In this document: positions 45,987 through 53,884 of the stretch, in pieces
How the letters are laid out: every line of letters begins with the position of its first letter
Position numbering within the stretch: the stretch's first letter is position 1
From: a virus
Lineage: Duplodnaviria; Caudoviricetes
Direction: 5' to 3' (one strand)
Length of the DNA stretch: 64,000 nt
Virus record (IMG/VR): IMGVR_UViG_3300029305_006500
Position numbers and translations under genes: made by a program
Notes under the pieces: generated by a model
Told to the model about the DNA's origin: nothing
The model's input: the letters and a program-made list of their open reading frames with translations, nothing else
The model's database searches: none

Positions 45987-46237
45987 TGGCACCTCAGCAA
46001 TGGGCAGCTGTTATTATATTCTTTGCATTTATTTTGATTTTTCCATGCGTTATTGAAGGTGCAGAATGGAAAGTTTGTTTTGATAAGAAAAAAGAATATA
46101 AACTATTATCGCCTGCTACTTTAAAGCGTGGCACTGAAATGAATTGGGTTGGTTGTATACTTACTTGGGTAGCTCTTGGCATTGTATCGCCTTGCATGTT
46201 CATTTATAAGTGCATTTATAATTTATTTCATATATAA
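45986..46237 (+). CDS. Small membrane protein
   Basis: Two TM segments. Confidence 0.7.
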   Translation: MAPQQWAAVIIFFAFILIFPCVIEGAEWKVCFDKKKEYKLLSPATLKRGTEMNWVGCILTWVALGIVSPCMFIYKCIYNLFHI

Positions 46238-46238
46238 G

Positions 46239-46428
46239 ATTAGGTCGATCAGCTAAGAGATTAAACCTCTATGGACTCTTAACTCTCCACCTATGTTATG
46301 ATAAAACACTGTTATTGCAGTTCGATTCTGCGCTCAGAGGGTCATTCTCGCCGCGTTAATCAGGTTAAAAACGGGAGGGGATATGGTTCGATTCCATTAG
46401 GGTATGAGGTAAATAACAGAAACCTGAT
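46239..46428 (+). ncRNA. Structured RNA with two T-loops
   Basis: GCAG-TTCGATT-CTGC and ATGG-TTCGATT-CCAT inside CTGTTATT/AATAACAG. Confidence 0.45.
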
Positions 46429-46515
46429 ATTTTTAAAAATTTGATTGGATTTTTATGCTAAATTATCTGATTGTGCATTAAAAATCCTTCAGGTTTATTG
46501 TATAATATAAAGTAT

Positions 46516-46606
46516 GGAGGAGTACTCAAGCTGGTTAAGAGGACGCACTGCTAACGCGTTAGACCGGTAATACGGTACGTGGGTTCGAGCCCCACCTCCT
46601 CCGCCA
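46516..46606 (+). tRNA. tRNA-Ser(GCU)
   Basis: Loop CTGCTAA, long V arm, GCCA. Confidence 0.92.
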
Positions 46607-46609
46607 AAG

Positions 46610-46729
46610 GCACTTGAAAGGTCTGGTTCAAATCCATAAGCATCGTGGTGATGCGCTTTAGCCCCTGAGAGCAGCTAAGGAGAGAACGTTCAATTCGGCT
46701 GGTGTAATCTGGAAGCATAGTCAAGTGGC
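46610..46729 (+). ncRNA. Permuted tRNA-like RNA (T arm before D arm)
   Basis: CACTTGA/TCAAGTG closing stem; TGG-TTCAAAT-CCA then GTGTAATCTGGAAGCAT. Confidence 0.45.
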
Positions 46730-46762
46730 TCTCATTTAAACTAATTTGGAGATATTTGCTTT

Positions 46763-47164
46763 ATGATTTTTAATACTAATAAGGATAAGGGACGAGCTGG
46801 TATGGCTTTAGCTATCGCTTATTTTGGGAGTAATGGTTATACTGTAAATATTCCTATGAATGATACGCAATGGTATGATTTAGTACTTGAAAAAGATGGT
46901 ATATTTCAAACCGTTCAATGTAAGGCGACTGGTAATACTGACAAAACTATCTATTTAAGAAGTATGGGTGGTAGTGCTGGAAAAGTATAGGATAATGTTT
47001 TGAATCATCCTGTAGATTTATTATTTTGTTTAGATGATGAACAAAATATGTATGTTATCCCGATAGCTAAAATCAGAGCGGCAGGTAATAATACATCAAT
47101 CACGCTTAGTACAAAAGCTCGCCCACAAGGGTTAAACACTGCTGAGTATCTAGTTAAAATTTAA
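46763..47164 (+). pseudogene. PD-(D/E)XK endonuclease (group I intron-associated type) with in-frame TAG
   Basis: KGRAG...PMNDTQWYDLV...VQCK; TAG 46988-46990 then 57 more codons DNVLNHPVDLLFCL...YVIP. Confidence 0.8.
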
Positions 47165-47167
47165 TTT

Positions 47168-47250
47168 GGGAGAGTAGCGAATCGGCAAACGCGGCGGTCT
47201 GTAAAATCGTTCTTTCGGGGTAATGGGGTCGGCACCCATCTCTCCCACCA
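47168..47250 (+). tRNA. tRNA-Tyr(GUA)
   Basis: GCGGT-CTGTAAA-ATCGT, ACCA; atypical T loop. Confidence 0.82.
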
Positions 47251-47263
47251 ATAAATAAAATAT

Positions 47264-47339
47264 GGGCCCGTAGCTCAATTGGGAGAGCACTAGTCCTGCA
47301 AACTAGAGGTCGTCGGTTCGACTCCGATCGGGTCCACCA
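47264..47339 (+). tRNA. tRNA-Ala(UGC), C33
   Basis: G3:U70, CTAGT-CCTGCAA-ACTAG, ACCA. Confidence 0.9.
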
Positions 47340-47443
47340 GAAAAAATACGCCATAGTTAATGGTTCAAATTCTGCTAGCAAATAAACAATAGAAGTCCCG
47401 CAAGGTGAAAGCGTGCCAATAGGATGTTCGGCGTATAATTTTC

Positions 47444-47572
47444 AGTATCTCAATGATAGCTCAAAAGGTTATGGAAATTATGAATGGTATAAGCTTAATT
47501 TCTAGAGGTCCGGTAGGCTAGAGCATTGGACAATAATCCAAAGATATAGGTGCGAGGCCTGTTAGAGATACT
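47444..47572 (+). ncRNA. Degenerate tRNA-like RNA with D-loop insertion
   Basis: AGTATCTC/GAGATACT; TAGCTC...GAGC split by about 55 nt; TTGGA/TCCAA arm. Confidence 0.4.
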
Positions 47573-47765
47573 TTATAGGAAATAGCTGATGTGTAAAGCA
47601 TCTAGTCAAAGCTCTCTTGACGATAAATTAAGACTATCGGATTTACCGACCCTCTGGGGCAAGGTCGAGAGAAAGTGTGCGGAGTGCGGCACTAAGGGAA
47701 GTAGCTATAATCCTCTCGGACGCAGGATTATCCCAGGCAATTATTGCATAGTGGCGCTCAAATAT

Positions 47766-47849
47766 GCGGAAGTGACGGAATAGGCAGACGTTCCAGCCTT
47801 AGAAGCTGGTGCCATTGGCGTATGGGTTCAAGTCCCTTCTTCCGCACCA
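47766..47849 (+). tRNA. tRNA-Leu(UAG)
   Basis: CCAGC-CTTAGAA-GCTGG, long V arm, ACCA. Confidence 0.9.
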
Positions 47850-47872
47850 AAGTAAAATTTAGGAGTTTAATT

Positions 47873-48028
47873 ATGGCAAAGCGTATTATTGAAAATGGAA
47901 AGTATAATGTAATTACTTGTTCCGAATGCGGTTGCAAGTTTGCATTTGATAAAACTGATATTGAAACTGATGGTACTGTAACTTGTCCTCAGTGCGATAA
48001 AGCAAATACTCCTACTGTTAAAAAGTAA
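47873..48028 (+). CDS. Zn-ribbon protein (51 aa)
   Basis: AGGAG RBS; CSECGCKF...CPQC. Confidence 0.75.
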   Translation: MAKRIIENGKYNVITCSECGCKFAFDKTDIETDGTVTCPQCDKANTPTVKK

Positions 48029-48049
48029 TTAAATATATCGTATATTTTA

Positions 48050-48177
48050 TTAGGTGCCACGAAGCAGGCAAGTGCATTTACCGATAGAGGGAGCTAGTCA
48101 TAAGTACTAGAGGGTCCAACTGTGCATAGCCTTGAATACCAGCAGCTGTGGTAAATGGAGTGAGATGAACAGCCTAA
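48050..48177 (+). ncRNA. Scaffold RNA family II, copy 6
   Basis: TTAGG-TGCCACGAAGC...GCTGTGGTAAATGGAGTGAGATGAACAG-CCTAA. Confidence 0.75.
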
Positions 48178-48235
48178 CGTTCTGAGAGGAAGCGATAACA
48201 GAGTAACGTAAAACTTAACACTTCCACTTTTATAT

Positions 48236-48318
48236 GCCCTTATGGTGTAATTTTTTGGTTAACACAGCTGACTGTCACTCAGCAGACGTGGTGGGTTCGA
48301 GTCCCCCTGGGGGCGCCA
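48236..48318 (+). tRNA. tRNA-Asp(GUC)
   Basis: GCTGA-CTGTCAC-TCAGC, GCCA; enlarged D loop and V region. Confidence 0.85.
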
Positions 48319-48603
48319 ATATGCCGTTTGAAACAAATATGTCGTTGGGTCAGAGATAATATTTAGCTAGCTTTTAAGTATTATCGTAACGAAATGTGTA
48401 GTTGAGTGACTTTAAGCTCGCCATTAATTAAAAATATTATTGGTCGCTGTGGTATGAACACAGACGCTGTCTCAGGTCGTAGCAGCGGAGCAAGGACGCG
48501 GTGAACTGACGACGAATGTCACCAGTCTAAATTAGCGGGGAGCAGAAGCTTGTGTAAAGTGGTGAGTTTTAGCGAATAATTCCACGCCAATTATATTATA
48601 TAT

Positions 48604-48790
48604 CGTGAGGATAGACGAAGCATCGAGTCGGGTCTCTTATCATATGAGGCTGACAACGCTAGAAGTAAGTCTGAAAGTATCAGCTGTAGAATAAGAAACT
48701 GCTTCTTGAAGTGAAAAATAGGTGATGTACTTCGGTACCATGTATCTAGTAGCAAGTTATAAGTAGGTTTAAGTCCTACCTTCACAACCA
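48604..48790 (+). ncRNA. Initiator-tRNA-like RNA with about 100-nt variable-region insertion
   Basis: C1:A72 mismatch, CAT in an enlarged loop, GTAGG/CCTAC T stem, ACCA. Confidence 0.55.
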
Positions 48791-48797
48791 TTTATAT

Positions 48798-48948
48798 TCC
48801 TCGGTAGCTCAGCTGGTAGAGCAACAGACTGGTCCGAATAGTTCAGTTGAGAGAACCGCCGGCGTAAGCAGGCTAGACGTGAGTTTGAGTCTCACTTTGG
48901 GCACCATTAATCTGTGGGTCACAGGTTCGAGACCTGTCCGAGGAGCCA
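48798..48948 (+). tRNA. tRNA-Asn(GUU) interrupted by a nested tRNA-like unit
   Basis: 48798-48831 plus 48907-48948 give ACAGA-CTGTTAA-TCTGT, U1-A72, GCCA. Confidence 0.85.
48832..48906 (+). ncRNA. Nested 75-nt tRNA-like element
   Basis: GTCCGAA/TTTGGGC-A-CCA, D arm GTTC/GAAC, T arm GTGAG/CTCAC, GNRA-capped anticodon arm. Confidence 0.8.
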
Positions 48949-49076
48949 CTGGTTTCACTTATATAGTGATATAATTGCGCAGACTAAGAAATACCAGAGC
49001 AGCGACGGCGAGATAACCGTGAGTAAACTCCCTTTCGTTTATTACTTTTGAACTGGCATGATTGTAAAAGTAATAT

Positions 49077-49152
49077 GCTCGGTTAGTCAAGTTGGCCAAG
49101 ACGCCGGCCCTTCAAGCCGGAGGCAGGAGTTCGAATCTCCTACCGAGTACCA
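49077..49152 (+). tRNA. tRNA-Glu(UUC), C33
   Basis: CCGGC-CCTTCAA-GCCGG, ACCA. Confidence 0.85.
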
Positions 49153-49330
49153 GGCTGCCGTGGATTGCCGACCCCTTAATGGCCACGGGTGGGGATAGGT
49201 TGGTAAACCGACTATGGTAAGCATAGAAAAGTTTCCAAAGTATCGACGGAATAAAGACATGGGTTGAAATCCCACATCGCCGCTATGGCGTGATAGTTTA
49301 GGTTGCGAGAATATTATTGAAGATACTAGG

Positions 49331-49470
49331 TAGGTGCTACGAAGCCACAAATCGTTACATTTAGGTGTTGATTGTAAAAACGCGGTCATTGTTTATACCG
49401 GTATAAACCTCTGATGGGAAACGAGACGGATAAAAGAAGCAGTAGTAAATGGAATTAGATAAACAGCCTA
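49331..49470 (+). ncRNA. Scaffold RNA family II, copy 7
   Basis: TAGG-TGCTACGAAGC...GCAGTAGTAAATGGAATTAGATAAACAG-CCTA. Confidence 0.75.
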
Positions 49471-49524
49471 AATTTTTTTTTAAATTAAATAAAATTTTAA
49501 AAATTATATTGTATAATATAATAA

Positions 49525-50402
49525 CGGGCCTGACCGATAACTTCCCGTAAGGGAATGAAAGGAGTATACTGACAAGACTCCGCTGTGATGAGCAGTACCT
49601 CAGGCAATGTGTGACGGGACCTGTAAGAATTGAAAAGATTCTTACGAATATGCTAACCCCATGTTCTAACTTGTCAATGATGAAATGAATGAGATTAGTT
49701 GAGGGCCAACTGGTTGAACTAATTTCTGCTCTCGCAAGGAGCTGGTTTCAATGCAAAAGGATTTGATGAGGTAAGGTAAGCTACAGGAAGTAAAATAGTT
49801 CAAGTTTTAGCAAGCAAGGGCGACTTCCATTTATATCTGCTATGGTGGATATAAGAAATACAAGTACGAAGCCAAGGAAAGTATTGAAGGCGGGTAGCAT
49901 TCTTGCACTCAAAAGGTGTGAGAACTACAACAATAGTCTGTCTTCCGTCAAATCTCAACTTAGCGTGGGTTCGAGCCCCACCCGGCGTGCCAATTTTATC
50001 TTATAGAGATAATTAGCACTTATCTCTTGCATACGCCGGTAGCTCAGTAGGCAGAGCGGTTGTCATAGGAAAACAATGTCATGAGTAAAAACCTATTGTT
50101 GGAAACAAAGAAAAGTGTCTTAAGCCCAGAGTGGTAAGCAATCTGGGATATTAGGTGTCACAAGCATCTAGTATTTGATTGAAACGAATCTATAGAGGCG
50201 TAGCAACCTCGAACAGCCCGCAAGGTTGATAGTGGAGTGATAATCGAGTAATTGTTTCTGTAAAGGCGAAAGCAAGCCTGGAGCCCTTGTGCTGGGGTGA
50301 CGAATTGCAGGCATGAGCGGTACTTCCCAAAAGGAAGTGGAAAAGTGACTAAAAAATAAGGTCATTAAGCCGTAGCAATCATAAGATGTATTCTCAGTCT
50401 TT
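49525..50402 (+). ncRNA. GOLLD-like large RNA (about 880 nt)
   Basis: Starts at promoter 49509-49522; 5' CTGA pairs with 3' TCAG; many GNRA/GCAA hairpins, two CAAAAGG loops; size and phage-tRNA context fit GOLLD (from memory). Confidence 0.65.
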
Positions 50403-50483
50403 TAATCTTCTTACCATATATACTAATTGTCTGAAAGGATGCTGTTAAGACAGGGATATAGCCCCTGTCAATTAGTATTTTAT

Positions 50484-50559
50484 GCTCCATTCTTCTAGTT
50501 GGCCAGGAAGTAAGATTCTCAATCTTAAAACAGGTGTTCGAACCACCTATGGAGTACCA
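50484..50559 (+). tRNA. tRNA-Glu(CUC)
   Basis: TAAGA-TTCTCAA-TCTTA, ACCA. Confidence 0.88.
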
Positions 50560-50568
50560 TTTATATTT

Positions 50569-50643
50569 GCGCGGTTAGTTTAATGGACAGAACGCGTGGC
50601 TACGGACCATGAGATATGGGTTCGATTCCTATACTGCGTGCCA
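50569..50643 (+). tRNA. tRNA-Arg(ACG)
   Basis: CGTGG-CTACGGA-CCATG, GCCA. Confidence 0.9.
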
Positions 50644-50646
50644 CAT

Positions 50647-50722
50647 ACACTTTTAGCTCAGCTGGAAGAGCGGCCCTCTCCTAAAGGGCAGGTCGTTGGT
50701 TCAAGTCCAATAAGGTGTGCCA
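50647..50722 (+). tRNA. tRNA-Arg(CCU)
   Basis: GCCCT-CTCCTAA-AGGGC, GCCA. Confidence 0.9.
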
Positions 50723-50726
50723 ATAT

Positions 50727-50803
50727 GCGTCCTTAGCTCAGCGTATAGTAGCAACGGTTTTCTAAACCGTAGGTCCTAGGTTAGAATCCTAGAGGGCGTG
50801 CCA
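50727..50803 (+). tRNA. tRNA-Arg(UCU)
   Basis: ACGGT-TTTCTAA-ACCGT, GCCA; atypical D and T loops. Confidence 0.82.
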
Positions 50804-50906
50804 AAGATGCTGGCGTTTTAGGTAAAAAGTGTGAATGCTAGGAACTTTGGGTGTATAGTTTTCTAACCCTCCGAGTCAGCATCTTATTCTTTTTAAGGAG
50901 TTTATT

Positions 50907-51119
50907 ATGAAAGTTTATGAAGTAGAATTTCATTATGGAAGAAATACTTATGAATTTCTGTCAGACCTTGATCTTGAAGTAGGTAAAACTTATAGACTTA
51001 CTAATGATTTAGGACATACATATAAAAGTAGAGCGATTATTTTAGATAAAAAAGATGTTTCCGTATTCTCTGGTACAATGCGAGAAATTGTAGATGCTGA
51101 TGAGGAAATGCCATGGTAA
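50907..51119 (+). CDS. Hypothetical protein
   Basis: AAGGAG RBS. Confidence 0.7.
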   Translation: MKVYEVEFHYGRNTYEFLSDLDLEVGKTYRLTNDLGHTYKSRAIILDKKDVSVFSGTMREIVDADEEMPW

Positions 51120-51156
51120 GTGATTAAAATATAAAAAATATATTGTATAATAAAAT

Positions 51157-51432
51157 AGAGCCAATACTTATTTCTTAGATATTTTGGGTATATATTTTAA
51201 AAGTTTGGCCAAATATTATGCTAAATAAAATAGAGCTTGTGCTTATTTCGTACATATTATAGAAAATTTTAAAAAGGGTATAGCCAAGCCAAATTATTTA
51301 AACGTAGAGCTTATGCTTATTTCTTAATGCAGGTGCCGACATGTCGGCAGAAAAATCAGCTAAGCCTTATATAGAGTCTATGCTTATTTCTTTTGACTTA
51401 AATTATATAATAGATAGTGTGATAGCTAGACC
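51157..51432 (+). repeat. Tandem array of four minimal Y-like family I RNAs (51157-51210, 51232-51290, 51306-51366, 51373-51432)
   Basis: AGA-N5-T-RCT-TATTTC...AGY-N5' with compensatory changes; promoter at 51143-51156. Confidence 0.8.
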
Positions 51433-51444
51433 ATAATTTAATAC

Positions 51445-51519
51445 TGCGGAGTGGAGCAGTCTGGTAGCTCGTCGGCCTCATAAGCCGAAGGTCGTTGGTT
51501 CGAATCCAACCTCTCGCGT
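51445..51519 (+). tRNA. tRNA-fMet-like (CAU), 3' end degenerate
   Basis: TGGAGCAGTCTGGTAGCTCG D arm, TCGGC-CTCATAA-GCCGA; no encoded CCA. Confidence 0.75.
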
Positions 51520-51521
51520 CC

Positions 51522-51596
51522 GCTGGCATGGCGCAATGGTAGCGCACCTCACTTGTAATGAGGTGGTTGTGGGTTCGACTCCCTCTGCCAGCTCCA
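51522..51596 (+). tRNA. tRNA-Thr(UGU)
   Basis: CCTCA-CTTGTAA-TGAGG, TCCA. Confidence 0.92.
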
Positions 51597-51604
51597 ATTT
51601 TTTT

Positions 51605-51637
51605 AGGATTAAGTTGTAAAAACTTAATCTTTTTTTT
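51605..51637 (+). terminator. Rho-independent terminator ending the RNA island
   Basis: AGGATTAAGTT/AACTTAATCTT plus T-tract. Confidence 0.75.
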
Positions 51638-51651
51638 ATTATCAATAATAC

Positions 51652-51659
51652 GCTAAATT
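51652..51659 (+). promoter_or_regulatory. Class-2 (putative late) promoter motif GCTAAATT
   Basis: Recurs intergenically at 34928, 38757, 43882, 46457, 51220, 52741 and 353 (minus strand). Confidence 0.55.
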
Positions 51660-51723
51660 AAATAGACAGATTGCTTTTACGCTCTCTGTGCAAAATATCT
51701 AATTTAAGGGAGCGTATACGCCA

Positions 51724-52296
51724 ATGGAAAACTTAGGAGGAACAATTTTAGCTACAGTAATTTCTGTAGTAGTTACTCTGGTTGTAACTCTTGTTTTTAA
51801 TAAACTAGTTGCAATACCAAAAGTGAGAAGACAACAAGAGGAAGGAGAGCGTCAAGAGCGTGAAGCAATGAAACAAGACATAAATGAACTAAAAGCTAAG
51901 ACCTGTGAATTACAAGTGGCGATTGATGCTTTACCTGGATATCGAGCTCAAAGCTTACAAATTCAGTCAGAACTTAGGAATGCAGATAATGCAATAATTG
52001 ACGCTTGTTCTGCTATTAAAGATAGTATTGAACGGCTAGAACATAGAGAAAGAAATGCTCTTCGTATGAAGATACTAGCTGAATATCGTTTATTTACAGA
52101 TACACATAAAAATCCAATGAAAGCTTGGACCGAAATGGAACATCACGCTTTCTTTGAAGTAGTACGAGATTATGAAGCACTTAATGGTAATGATTACGTA
52201 CATTCTACCGTATTGCCTGCAATGAACGAATTAAATATTATTCTTATGGAAGACCATGCAGGGTTAGCTAAACTTATGGCGAGTCGCCAAATGTAA
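51724..52296 (+). CDS. Membrane-anchored coiled-coil protein (holin/antiholin-like)
   Basis: N-terminal TM; YEALNGNDYVH motif typical of phage lysis-cassette proteins. Confidence 0.65.
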   Translation: MENLGGTILATVISVVVTLVVTLVFNKLVAIPKVRRQQEEGERQEREAMKQDINELKAKTCELQVAIDALPGYRAQSLQIQSELRNADNAIIDACSAIKDSIERLEHRERNALRMKILAEYRLFTDTHKNPMKAWTEMEHHAFFEVVRDYEALNGNDYVHSTVLPAMNELNIILMEDHAGLAKLMASRQM

Positions 52297-52323
52297 TAAG
52301 ATTAAGGTAGGTTTGAAGAAAGG

Positions 52324-52674
52324 ATGTTAGATTTTTTGAATATTGCTAATGAAGTTGTTGTATTAATTACTGGGCTTCTTGGTTTAATTGGTACAGGAGT
52401 AAGTGTCTATTTTGCAATTAAAAATTGGATAAAAGCCATGAAAGAAAAGACCAGCAAAGAGCAGTGGGCACTCATTATGGAAATGGCAGATGCGGCTATG
52501 ACTGAAGCAGAAGCTTCAAAGGCATCTAGTGAAACTAAAAAACAAATGGTACTAGATTCTATTTCAGCAGCTATGAAAGCCGCAAATATCGACGTGACAC
52601 AGTTTACAGAACAATTAAGTGATTATATAGACCAGACTATTGCTTTTGTAAATAAGATGAAAGCTAAACATTAA
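52324..52674 (+). CDS. Putative holin (LL-H-like)
   Basis: Single TM then ADAAMTEAE...KKQMV...YID pattern. Confidence 0.65.
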   Translation: MLDFLNIANEVVVLITGLLGLIGTGVSVYFAIKNWIKAMKEKTSKEQWALIMEMADAAMTEAEASKASSETKKQMVLDSISAAMKAANIDVTQFTEQLSDYIDQTIAFVNKMKAKH

Positions 52675-52691
52675 ATTTTCACAACAAAAAA

Positions 52692-52728
52692 AAATAACCT
52701 TGTATTTTTAGTACAAGGTTATTTTTTA
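52692..52728 (+). terminator. Bidirectional terminator
   Basis: AATAACCTTGTA/TACAAGGTTATT flanked by A and T tracts. Confidence 0.75.
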
Positions 52729-52779
52729 TTAAATTTATATGCTAAATTATTTGATTGATTATGAAAGGGTGTATAACAT

Positions 52780-53235
52780 ATGAGTAAGATGTTTGATAGC
52801 TATAGCGGAGTAACTCCTAATGATTGTTTAAATTGGTATTATCCAATAGAATCTTCTATAGATTCCTCTAGTAATTTAAAAGCTTTATATGATAAAAAAC
52901 ATCGGTTTTATGGCGTAGAAGCAAAACATTTAATGCCATTTAGCTTATATTTTCATTTAACAGAGGCTACTGAACAAACGTTAGACCAGTTTATGGCAGA
53001 ATGTGGTGTTGAATTTAATATTTGCACTAAGCCCTACGGAAAACCAGTTATTACAAAAGTACTTTCTGGTAAAGAAGTGTTTAATACTTATCTGCAAGAT
53101 ATTAAAATTGATATAAGTCAAGAAGAAGCTCAACTATTAAATCAAGAAACTTATAGTATTATTATCAAGCTTATGCATACAACTAGTACTTATATTATAC
53201 ATTCCGAGCGTGACAGTGTGCTTGTTATTCGATAA
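52780..53235 (+). CDS. Putative virion protein
   Basis: First gene after GCTAAATT motif; structural operon context. Confidence 0.65.
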   Translation: MSKMFDSYSGVTPNDCLNWYYPIESSIDSSSNLKALYDKKHRFYGVEAKHLMPFSLYFHLTEATEQTLDQFMAECGVEFNICTKPYGKPVITKVLSGKEVFNTYLQDIKIDISQEEAQLLNQETYSIIIKLMHTTSTYIIHSERDSVLVIR

Positions 53236-53250
53236 AAGGAGATTAGCTAA

Positions 53251-53874
53251 ATGAATGCATTAGATATTAAAGCTAAACTAATTGTTCAGCCTACTAGAAT
53301 AATTAAAGCTAATGAGATATTACAAATAACACGTGGTGGAAGTGCTATCTTAAACTTTAATTATAGTGATAAAACTTATACCTATGATAATACTGACCAG
53401 CTTACTTTTATGCTAAAACAAGGTAGTACTATTTATTGGTACAAAATGTTTACTTATTTGAAACCAACAGCTGATTTAAGAGCAATTCCAGGAAAAAACT
53501 ATTATACGAATGTAAGCCGACCTGCTAATAGCTTTAAATGTAGAGCTACTCAAGTTTGGCCAAAGACCGAGGAAAGCCCAGCTGACCTAGGGTATTATGA
53601 AGAGACTGATGGTAATTGCAGTTGGAGAGATACAGAGTATTTAATAGATGAACGTTTTTACTATGAGAATCTAACTGATATGGAAACTGTGTCTTTAATT
53701 TTACATCCAGAAGATACTCTACAATTTAAAGCTAAATCAGGTAAGCATATGAGTTTTGAAGTAGCAGTTAGATTAAATACAGATACTCTACAGAGTTTTG
53801 CTTATAAGGACACAGTTATTATAGAGCCTCAAGCAAACATAATTGTTACTGATAGCTTATTTAGCCAAATTTGA
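53251..53874 (+). CDS. Putative virion/baseplate protein
   Basis: ITRGGS...LHPEDT pattern shared with next gene (BppU-N-like). Confidence 0.6.
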   Translation: MNALDIKAKLIVQPTRIIKANEILQITRGGSAILNFNYSDKTYTYDNTDQLTFMLKQGSTIYWYKMFTYLKPTADLRAIPGKNYYTNVSRPANSFKCRATQVWPKTEESPADLGYYEETDGNCSWRDTEYLIDERFYYENLTDMETVSLILHPEDTLQFKAKSGKHMSFEVAVRLNTDTLQSFAYKDTVIIEPQANIIVTDSLFSQI

Positions 53875-53884
53875 GGAGGATAAA

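Noticed and set aside
36853-50365. Track ORFs overlapping RNA genes (36853, 40564, 40628, 42322, 42780, 43633, 47154, 47589, 48591, 49087, 50168; also 14811)
   Set aside because: They translate tRNA or ncRNA sequence and lack RBS or phage-like composition
35000-51600. tmRNA, RNase P RNA, theta/hammerhead ribozymes
   Set aside because: No Ala acceptor with tag ORF, no GAGGAAAGUCC, and no complete ribozyme core could be assembled by eye; a covariance-model scan could still find them
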